A DNA stretch of 32,000 nt from Wallemia ichthyophaga EXF-994 (taxonomy: Eukaryota > Fungi > Basidiomycota). The notes under the pieces were generated by a model that worked only from the letters and a program-made list of their open reading frames with translations, did no database searches and was not told where the DNA came from. This document shows positions 22,508 to 32,000 of this stretch, in pieces. The stretch is taken from assembly GCF_000400465.1 (NCBI RefSeq), contig NW_008806278.1:142592-174591 (forward strand), in the 5' to 3' direction. The position numbers were made by a program, and so were the translations under genes. How positions within the stretch are numbered: position 1 is the first letter of the stretch; every line of letters begins with the position of its first letter.

Positions 22508-25152
22508 TTATTTTACATCCAATCGAGACCTCCTCTCAAATGCATCAGATTTATTCGCAAACATCCGCTCACTAAACTTGAGCTTTCTTTTCACGCGTTC
22601 TTCTCCGAACTTTGATTTCATCATCGATTGCTCCTCTAGCCCCGCCTTGGACAATTTCCGAAGTTGTCGAACCAATGAGCTTGGCTTCCGTTGCCTTACT
22701 GATGCTCCATCATCCTTTCTCTCATTCGGCTTCTCATTCAGCTTCTCCTTCACCATTCTCTCTCCATCCCTTTTTATCTGTTCTAAACTTTCTGACTGAT
22801 CTTCTGTCAAATTTTGACTTGAGGGGTCTCCATGCTGACTAAACTTTTCCTTGATGTACCCTTCTCTCTCTTCCTCAATGTCCTTCAGCCTTCTGTCTCC
22901 CTCATCTGCGCTAGCCATCGGTGAATTCCATGTACGCCTTTCTTCTCTCAGTTTCATGAGATCCTTTGCGCTCATGCCAGGTGGCAATACTACAGAGTTC
23001 ATAAGAACCAGCGACTCCCTCGATTGTGATAGTTTAGCCTTCACATTTTCCACTTGTTTGAGTGTCGATGTCCGACTAGTCAATCTGATTGTCCCTGTGA
23101 TATCATAAGCGTCGAAACATTGGTCCCAATCTCACTCACAAGTCGGATCTTCTCCTTTTACAGTAGTGAAATCTACATGCTTGTCCTTAGGTACCTTTTT
23201 GTTGTCCAAAAATGACTCGACTTCGTAGTCGATTACATACGTAGCTTTATCTGGACGTGTGTCTTCAGCTGACTCAACATACACACTCATGAACTGCTCT
23301 CCCTCTCGGGTTTCGAAAGTTATACTCAGTGTCTAAACAGCGCTGATGAGTATTATTTCAACTTTTTTCACTTCATAACCCACCTCATTCGGTATGAGGG
23401 ATGTGGCCTCGTCTAAAGCATTCTCCAACACGCCAACCGAATGTTTAAAAGACTGTGTAGCCATTAGAGTAGACCCGTGTAGTCTCTCATCCATCTCCTC
23501 AAGCGGTACGTATTGGAAGCCGAAGATGCGGCGTGTATTATGATAAGCTGATTAAATATTATGTTATTAAGTCTCTGAGCAGGCTTATACTTGACCTCAC
23601 CAACGAAAATTCCATCCATAGCTCCGATACGTGCTTGTAGACTGGAATTGATCAGATTTGTACCAACGAAATGTTCCACTCTTACCTGTATTTCAAGAAT
23701 GAGCTCCTAACCATATCATAGTACTCGCGTTCGAACGATTCAAACAGTCCACCTAATGATTGTTTGACTCTTGAGCATGACAAATTAAGACACACTTACG
23801 TGACTTCTTGATGTTGTATCCCGCACCGGCTTTGTAATTCAGGATATCCTGCCTTACAGCCACAACAGCTCTAGTTTTGATGTCAAATGTTTTGCGAGGC
23901 AATCTTGTGTCAAATCCGTCGAGTTGCGATCGCATCAATATCTTGTTAGCCTGGATACTGTAAGCATACGAAGCGCTTCTACTAAGCTAAGCCCTACCTT
24001 AGAGTAATGGTAGGCCTCCCTTTCATTCATTTTCTTCTCAACCGCACTAGTCATTGGATTAGTGCGTAGTAAACCGCTGAATTCCTCAGGATCCATAGTT
24101 AGTTGCTTTTCTAACTGCGTCCCAACCCAAAGAAGCACATTATCTTCTTCAACATCGTAGCTTTTATCTTTGTCTATAGCGTAAACCGGTTTGTTTTCAC
24201 TATCTGTCGATGCATCGTCTATTTTGCGAAGTATTATTGCAGCTGGGAGTTTATTTGCATAGCTAAAGTCGTTTGGCTGTATTAGTGGTGTTATGATTGT
24301 AATTTTCCTCTCAAACACCACCTACAAGTCCTTGAAACCCTTCCGATAAAGATTCATAGTTGACAGGTTTCCAATTAGTCAACAAGAAGTGTATATGGGA
24401 AAGCACGCTAGTCATACTAGATGTAGATCCAAGGTAGCGGCAGTTTTGCTTCTTTGTCAGATCAATAAGATCCTATGGACATTAGCCGGGCAATATCTCA
24501 AAGAGAACAGCAAACGCACTTTGTCTTTAGAACTCGTCATATATGGCGGTAGTCTATCGAATGCGAATTCCTCTGGAGGATTAATATCCTCCAAATGTGA
24601 AGGAAAGCTGTATACACCGGTTCGGGGACATCGAAGCCAGACTGGATGCGATGGCTGGAATAGTACTCGCTGAAGAGCTGATACGAGAGTGGGTATGCGT
24701 GGTTGATCAACTTTAACGCCTGTAGGATGCTTGAGTTTGACAAGTGATGGCAGGCAGTCTACGAACCGCTAATGTGATTCGATTTAAGAGGATTAAAGTC
24801 GAAGCGCTTTTCGTTTTCCTGTGGTCTAAACACGCCTTCCTTCTTCCTTCTCTGTGGTGCTGCTCTTGATGTATGTGAAAAACCGGAAGGCAGATTATCA
24901 TCGATATAGTGCAAATGAGGGACAATCGAGGGTTTAATCTGATAATAGTGAGCTTTATAAGCAGACGAGTAGTATTCTTACTTGAATATCGCCGCCATTG
25001 CCACTGCAACTGCCACTGCCACTAGCCTCACTACTGCTGCCATCTTCTTGCAACGAGCGAAGTTTGTCTGATAATTTTAGGGACACCGCAGCTGTATAAT
25101 CTCGCCTGCGCGCTATCAGACGCCTAGCTCTGCTATTCACCACCTTGTTCAT
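22508..25152 (-). CDS. PET127: Mitochondrial RNA 5'-3' exonuclease Pet127 (multi-exon)
   Basis: Exon fragments [35 protein letters not shown]; [31 protein letters not shown]; [20 protein letters not shown]. Not every exon boundary was resolved; start inferred from [19 protein letters not shown], which resembles a presequence. Confidence 0.85.
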
Positions 25153-25313
25153 TGATAAGGTTGAGAGAGCACAAACAAAGCCGCACAGAGAAAACACGAG
25201 GAAAATTAAAAAACAAATGCCCTGCCTCGACCGCGCGACTAGGGAAACATGTATAAAGTAAAAAACGATCGCAGGGGACGGCATTGGACCGTAAGTACAT
25301 TTGCAGCGTTGAT

Positions 25314-25804
25314 CTAGAGACGACGACCACGACGACCACCCTTACGCTGTAAAAATCGTCAATAATATTCTTCACTAAAGCCTCAAAGAATCTTACACGA
25401 GTAGAGTCGGATGGAACTGGGGTGACATCCTCGATACGACCGATACGCATACCTGCACGAGCGAGAGCACGGAGAGCTGCTTGGGCACCTGGACCTGGAG
25501 CCTTGGTAGCGGTACCACCAGTGGCTCTGATCTTGATGTGAAGGGCGTTGATGCCAACTTCCTTGCAGCGGACAGCGACATCTTGTGCCGCCAACATGGC
25601 AGCGTATGGGGATGACTCGTCTCTGTCAGCCTTGACCTTCATACCACCAGTTACTCTGGTCACGGTTTCCTTTCCAGAGAGATCGGTAATGTGGACGAAT
25701 GTGTCGTTGAATGAAGCAAAGATTCTTGCGACACCGAATACAAGCTCGCCTTCAGCGACTTGTGGTCCCAAAGACGTGTTTGCTGCTGCTGCTTTGGTGG
25801 CCAT
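25314..25804 (-). CDS. RPS14: 40S ribosomal protein S14 (uS11), 146 aa
   Basis: [52 protein letters not shown] 50-nt intron (25347..25396) restores the canonical C-terminus [14 protein letters not shown]. Confidence 0.97.
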
Positions 25805-26372
25805 GACTTACGATGAAGTGGTCAGAGAGATAATTTTTGTCTTTTGGAGGCGCAAAAAATTTGTTTTGCAGTTGGTCAGTTTGGAAAATGTGCGTCTATA
25901 TTAAACTCAGTATCTTTTAATGCATGCATGACTACTTTTTCCTACTGCTTCAAGCCTCCGCTGCCGTATCGTCGAGCCATTTTCAGTCGCTGTGACAAGT
26001 TACACATCTGAGATCAAGCTTGTTGGCCTTATATAATCCTTGATCTTAATGACTCATTCAACGTCTTTTAAGCGGTACTTTTGCGCCGCCTCAACGATGT
26101 CAGCACTTTGAAGCAACCTACAGTCAACATTACTTGCCTGATGAACTTGGCACAAACACCTATAATGATTCAATCGTCAAATATATCGATAGGGTAAATT
26201 AAGCTCGACTTCCTGTTATTTCGCGATCAACGCTTTTCATTCACGTCATTTCACTTTTCAGGGCGAGAGAAATGTGATGATACAAGGATGAGTGTACCAC
26301 GTAGATTCTTGAGAAATTAGTTTAGGTAATGTAAATGTGCATTTATTTGATATTATATCTAGAAATTTTATC

Positions 26373-26453
26373 GGTTCGATGGTCTAGGGGTATGATTCTC
26401 GCTTTGGGACACCAATTTGCGAGAGGTCCAGGGTTCAAATCCCTGTCGAACCC
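26373..26453 (+). tRNA. tRNA-Pro(TGG) with 9-nt intron at 26409..26417
   Basis: Acceptor stem GGTTCGA/TCGAACC, D arm TGGTCTAGGGGTATGA, anticodon stem CTCGC/GCGAG, anticodon TGG at 26405-26407, T arm CAGGG-TTCAAAT-CCCTG. Confidence 0.96.
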
Positions 26454-26457
26454 TATC

Positions 26458-26462
26458 TTTTT
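26458..26462 (+). terminator. RNA polymerase III T-tract terminator
   Basis: T5 run starting 5 nt downstream of the tRNA 3' end. Confidence 0.75.
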
Positions 26463-26564
26463 GCCCATCGAAGGGCTCAATGTTTATTTTGTATCAATTG
26501 CACTTCTGTAAGCAGTCTTCTGAAGCCTTTACGCAACATTTTTTTTACTTGAATGCATCTACAT

Positions 26565-27752
26565 TTATACGCTATGTGTTTCGTCTACAAGTGTCTCCTT
26601 TTCGTTCTGATACAACGCTCTAACTACTTCTCTGTAGTATATCTTCTCGTCTTTGCTCAGAACATAGCCGTTGATCTCTAATGCGGACGTCACACCGCCA
26701 TAGGCGCGACTCATACCTGTATCTATCAATAGAATACCTCCATTGCATCTTGAGACTATGCCCTTGAACACGCTGTTAGATGTTTCATATCAACACACTG
26801 CCAACCCACGTCATAATTTGGTGTATGTCCTTGAACGATGCGCTTCGCTCCGACTGCTTGCATGACCTCTTTCGCAATAGCACAGGCTTTTGTTTCACTG
26901 TCTAAAGCAGCACCTCTGTACCAGTACGGCCCATCTGGTTTCCAAAGTAACTTCTCCTTTCTAGACCAATTCTTATCCCCACTGGTGAGTTTCTTGAGCC
27001 AAATTTTACCATCCTCATTCAACTCATTGTATGCATAAGATGGATGGAGTCCTGCGTGGACAAATTGTGTAGACATGTTGCTTGGCAACCCATACTTCTG
27101 GACGTCTGCTTCGAAAAAATGGGAAATATTCACAGTGGTATCGTAATTCTGTAGCCATGCTTTACCTATCCATCCCTGATTACTGAATACCTGCTGTCGT
27201 TTCTCAATACTGTCATCAAAGTACTTCATTTCCTTTGGATGCACATATCTCCAGTCGTCCATAGGCTGCATAATGTCGTGGTTCTATTGGCTCTATGAGA
27301 TTGTTAATCAGCACCAAATTGGCCCTTACACCCAGTATCGTATGCACGCTTCCTCCAGCTCGAGCTGCTTCGACGCGTAGACTCTCGAACAATTGATATA
27401 TGGGAATCATGTCAGACCTAAGTAGTTCCTTCAGTAACGTTCTAAGATTTCACGCTTCAAGTCTTCCTCACCCCCGATCAGTGATGTCACCTGTCTGCAC
27501 TAGAGTGGCTTTGCTGCCATCCCAATGATTATCCTCATCGATAATATCGGCAAGCTTTAATGCTTCTATTGTACGCTGATAATCACCATGTAGATCACCT
27601 AAAGCAACGATCCTGCGCTGTGATAAGACTTTATAGCCATCGAGAAAAGTTGTTGGTTCTTCAAAGTGCGGCACAGATGGCCTGAGGTACAAATAAGCAG
27701 TCGAAAGAGCTAGAAGCGGCACTATGCCTTTCTTAATTATATTTGATGGCAT
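26565..27752 (-). CDS. Shewanella-like (Shelph/SLP) metallophosphatase with N-terminal hydrophobic segment (346 aa)
   Basis: GDLHGD, LVQTGDITDRG, LG|NHD, FVHAG, GPYWYRG, IVQGHTP and IDTGMSRAYGG motifs. Four exons (introns 27418-27471, 27284-27329, 26763-26809) total 1041 nt. Confidence 0.88.
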
Positions 27753-27819
27753 GAGACAAGAAGTACGACAACTGTTTCACAAGTATTTCTCTATTTCAAA
27801 CATTTTGTACAACAATAAA

Positions 27820-30227
27820 TTACTTCTCTACTTTTACAATGTCCTTTGGTTTAGATTCTTCAGCCGAGCTACACTTGACAGCACTCAATGGTGTCACTGT
27901 CATAATGGCAATCGCGAGCACGCTCTCTACACGCTCCTTAAGGCTTTCATCGGGGGACTCCACATGCTTGGCGCAGATTAATTAGCAAGAAGAAAAAAAT
28001 TGCTCATACTCACCATCGTCTCCACGTTGATCTTAACTTCGTTGTCGTCGACATTGATGATCAATTTGTGCTGATTATCAACCTCCTCATGGTTTATCTC
28101 ACCAAAGTGAGCATCCAGTAGTGCCACTATCTTGTCCAATTTCATCGCAAACTCCTTTACATCTTCTACAGCTTCTTCTTTCGAGTGTTCATGCGCGTGT
28201 ACACATGGTGTACTTGTCACTAGATTGCCACGTTAGATTAACTTATGAACAACGCTTTCACTTACTTTTCACAGACACGGGACTCGTCTCAACACTCAAT
28301 GTCAGTGCCAGCACTGAGTCTGCAATAGCATCATTCATGGCTCCTGCCTTCCATTCGAGTAGAACATTGTTTTCTTCAGCTTGCTTGATATCTACAGTGT
28401 CCATTATCTGACTTCATGTGAGCATTCCGCCTTTTCAAGATTCAACACCAAACTCACTCTAATAGTTCGCAGACCGTCGTTGTCGAAACCTTCATCGACA
28501 CTTCCATACATTCCCTGCAAATGCCATCTAATTAGCTCCCATCCGACACTTAGGTTGACTTTTTGTTGCTGAATGATGGTATTGGTAGCGAGACCAGCAA
28601 AATCCTTCAGATCAGCTCTGTCCAAAAGGGTATAAGTAAAGTCTTTGTTCACTAGCAAGCCCTGCACTACTTCGCCTTCAGCTGGTTGCTTCTCTGCCAG
28701 TTTTCCGATAGCCTTGGCAGTCATCTCCGGTTTAAACTCAAGCCTGAGCGGTTCGGCGTTCTTTGGCATGTGCACCTTTATATCTAATCCTCGATCTGCA
28801 TACCTACTCCTAAGAGCGGCCGCTAATCTAGACATATTCATTAATGCTCCATGGACTAAAACGACATGCTGTGGTTTGATTTCATCGATAAATTGAGTAT
28901 TCTGAGTGAAGTCTACGTGTGCACTGAACGATATGTAGTCTACGCTAAGCTTTCTAGGTATTTTGTTGCCATTTACACCAATAATCTCGTCAGGTTCATT
29001 GACAATGCTGTGTGCCATTGTACCTTCAACGGAATAACCACATATAATCAGACCGTTCTTTGGATCTGGCGCCCATCTCTCCAGTAGCTCTCTTGAAGTC
29101 CCACTCTGAAGCATACCGGGTGATGCTAACATAACACATGGACCCTTATCCTGCCACTTCCTTAGATCGCCTAATTCACTAATAAATTTGAATTGAAATG
29201 GGTTTTCACCACTGTCGAATCTTCTGTTGATGTTTTTATTCATTGTACGAATATAAGCCTGATACACCGCCATGCACTTTCTGGCTAGGTTAGATGCATA
29301 GTAAATTGGTATACTGTGTAGGTCAGGATTCCGCTGCCAGTATTCATCGAGAATCAACAACAATTCTTGCGCTCTTCCTAATGCAAACGACGGCATCAGT
29401 ACACGACCACCGCGACGAATGATGCTGTGAACGAGTTCTTGATATTGTAAGCCTTAAGAGCTTACAAACGAAACTAAATACGCACCAGTAAAACGTTTTT
29501 CCTTTTCAGGTCTGTTCTCAAGCGTCTGTACACCATACGTGGACTCAACGATGAGCACATCAGTTTGTTCTTTCGGGATTTCTGCGGCATGCAAGTGCCT
29601 GTCTTCTTCTCTGCTGTAATCACCAGTGTAAAGCACTTTCAGACCGGCAATTTCAATCAAAAACATAGCAGCACCCAGAACGTGACCAGCAGGATAAGGT
29701 GTGAATCTGACACCACTCGCAGGGACGATTTCCTGGTTGAAATCAGAAACCTGAATACTTCTCCAACTGGCAATCATTTCAGTCTCAGTAAAGAGTTGAT
29801 CCTCAGCGGAAGTGGTTGATATTCTGACGAAATCCTGCATCATGAAACGATAGACGGCTTTTGTTGGGCTTGTCATGTAGACTTTCCCGTTGCCTTCCTT
29901 GAAGTTAGTTTTCTCCATGATATAAGTGAGCGCAGCTGCATGATCCAAGTGAAAGTGAGTGATGAGCAGTGCGTCGACAGTTGACCAGTCGAGCTCATCG
30001 ATGAAAGGTAAAGCGGCCAAGCCGGTGTAAGCCGGATGAACTCCAGCATCGCAGACTATACGCTTTCCCTTGTATTCAATTAAGCAGCAAGATCTACCGA
30101 CTTCCTGACCAGCACCGAGAAGCGTGATTCTGAGCTCGGAGTCACCGATTTTTGTAGTTTTCTGCGGCGGCTGATTTGGAGATATAAGTACATCGAATTC
30201 ATTCGGGATATGCCTCTTTGCAGACAT
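27820..30227 (-). CDS. YSH1: Pre-mRNA 3'-end endonuclease Ysh1/CPSF73 (738 aa)
   Basis: LGAGQEVGRSC, THFHLDH, AGHVLGAAMF, YTGDYSREEDRHL, beta-CASP region, SFSAHVDF and VLVHG. Five exons (introns 29438-29485, 28408-28457, 28220-28265, 27967-28013) join in frame. Confidence 0.96.
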
Positions 30228-30296
30228 TTGATCTTGGTGGTGTGAGAGAGAGGCCCTTGAACAGCAACGAGCACGAGCAGAGCAAGTAGATGAGAG
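30228..30296. promoter_or_regulatory. Putative bidirectional promoter/5'UTR region of YSH1 and MTF1 (69 bp between start codons)
   Basis: Divergent ATGs at 30227(-) and 30297(+); short GAGCA-like repeats. Function is inferred from position only. Confidence 0.5.
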
Positions 30297-31571
30297 ATGC
30301 TGCTCAGCAGAACAATCAGCACTAGACTGCTACTTAGATCCTTCTCCACGGCCTCGCATCTCCCAGCCAAAGATACTTGGAAGAAGGAATTCACCTTCTC
30401 CGGGACAAAGCTCAGGGGCAGGGACACTATATCTTGCTTAGATACCGCTAGACGCTTTGTTCGCTCTATGAAAATTGATAGCATGGGCAGCAGCACCTCC
30501 CCGGTGACTGTGATTGATGCTTATTCCGGTGCGCAACGCTATCAGCAGCAGAAGACGGCTCGCTGACTTTTTACAGGCTTTGGCTTGATTTCTCAAGCAC
30601 TGCTTGAGCTGGAAAACGTCGGAAAAGTTATATCGATTGAGCCTGCACAAACATTCGGCAAACCACTCAAATCGCTATCACAACAACACAATGACAGAAT
30701 GTTGTACATCGACAAAGACCCTTACAACTGGCAGGTCTACACTGATTTAGAAAAAGAGGGTCACTTGGACGGCGTCCTAGTCAGACCGTGGGAGGAGATG
30801 CACGATCACTTTGCAGTATTTATGCAGGTGCCCGCTACAGTACATGGCGAGCAGCTGATTGGACAGTTCTTTCACTGCATGGTCTTCCGTAGCTGGCTGT
30901 ATAGCAAGGGAAGAGTACCAATGGGATTGCTAATCAATAGTCCGTCGTATGAGGTGTGTTCTGTTCACTCTCTGGCTTAAGCTAACACTATGCAAGCGAC
31001 TTGTACACCTACCAGGACAGCCAGAACGAGGCAGAATAGCAGCAATCAGAGAAGCGACGTCTGTGGTAGACGTGCTCTTGCCAGAGACAGAGCTAAGACC
31101 AGATGACAATAGAATATACCCACAACTTAGGCAGCCAAATAAGAAGACAAAGAAGGCTGCGAATCTGTCCAACTATGTAGGCACAAGGGTCGAGCCATTG
31201 GTTAATATTCTCCCGAACATGCATACGTTAGAGTCATGGGAGTTCGTGACGAGGCAAATATTTGTGACGCGTAAATACAGCCTACGTAAATCACTCAAGT
31301 AGGTGGTTTAATAAGCCTTGAATATATTAACGTCGGTTGAAGGCATCTTGCTGTCAATGCAGACGTTGCCCTCAAAAAGCCTTTGGAAGATAGAGGTGTA
31401 GATCTCGACAAAGCTGTCAGAGACTTGACAATACAAGAAATTGCTAAGGTCATCGACGCTTTCAACGAATGGCCTTTCAAACCTGAAGTGAGTTTGATGA
31501 ATCGACGTACTTCTTACTGACAAGTGTAGATTCTATATAGGGACGATGTTGATGATAAGTATGCGGCTTGA
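30297..31571 (+). CDS. MTF1: Mitochondrial transcription factor Mtf1/mtTFB (rRNA adenine dimethylase fold, 365 aa)
   Basis: Presequence-like N-terminus; VIDAYSG|FGLISQALL, VISIEP, DPYNWQVY, GEQLIGQF..SWLYSKGRVPM, WEFVTRQIFV, AFNEWPFKPE. Introns at 30529-30576, 30954-30996, 31299-31342 and 31488-31529 give 1098 nt in frame. Confidence 0.82.
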
Positions 31572-31792
31572 AGTTGTTCTCAATCTAGACAGACGCTCTG
31601 TTTTGTACAATAGTATATTTGGCATGCACTGTTTGAAATCAATCGTGGACATACATCATGTCCCGTGCTGCTCTCTGGATGAGTCAACTTGAGCAATCTT
31701 GCTATAAATCTGTTGTGACTGGGTATGCAAAGTTTATTCTGGTTTTGGCATGTCTCAAAGCGAGCAATTTGGAGAACAAACATACACACTCC

Positions 31793-32000
31793 CAATATCT
31801 TGACTTCTACGATTCCAATGCAACTTTTATCACCCTCCTAATCCCATTATTTACATTTTCCAAATGCGCTGGTCTGAAGGCCAACCCACGATTTCAGAGT
31901 TAGGCTGACCCCAATTTTCCATATCTATCTCTTGTTCCAAGCGTAAGTAAGGCGCAGTCACAATATTTCTTCCTAGCGCCAATATTGAGTCCTGTAGACG
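31793..32000 (+). repeat. Diverged dispersed repeat, copy B (runs off the window end; homologous to 3528..3738)
   Basis: See copy A. The alignment offset stays at 28,262-28,266 nt over the whole segment. Confidence 0.8.

Noticed and set aside
25133-25346. Apparent long C-terminal extension of RPS14 in the ORF track (223 aa)
   Set aside because: Artefact of reading through the 50-nt intron; the spliced protein ends [10 protein letters not shown] at 25314.
25775-25812. GTAAGT directly before the RPS14 ATG, as a possible donor for an alternative first exon
   Set aside because: No upstream ATG in the preceding sequence, and the implied intron would be about 29 nt. The ATG at 25804 already gives a normal-length uS11.

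Overview
Eukaryotic DNA from a very compact fungal genome. The gene set and the 42-59 nt GT-AG introns point to a basidiomycete; a Wallemia-like organism is my inference and is not established. The window holds about 17 tightly packed protein genes, most of them spliced: an uncharacterised coiled-coil protein, UFE1/STX18, PKR1, a ~2,240-aa RIM15/Cek1 kinase, PSF3, an MDM1/SNX13-14-like sorting nexin, NDUFS6, gluconokinase, a UBX protein, acyl-protein thioesterase, UreD, a Pal1-family protein, PET127, RPS14, a Shewanella-like phosphatase, YSH1/CPSF3 and MTF1. There is also one intron-containing tRNA-Pro(TGG). Most of it is housekeeping content, and I cannot support a clearly novel multi-gene system. 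The most notable unexplained signals are: (1) a diverged ~210-bp direct repeat shared by two unannotated regions (3.5-3.7 kb and 31.8-32.0 kb); (2) APT1 and UreD in one reading frame separated by a single TAG; (3) a ~19-bp palindromic tandem array between convergent genes; (4) tandem and divergent intergenic gaps of only 36-110 bp, suggesting overlapping or polycistronic transcription; (5) in-frame, stop-free introns in RIM15 and PSF3. All exon models and alignments were done by hand.
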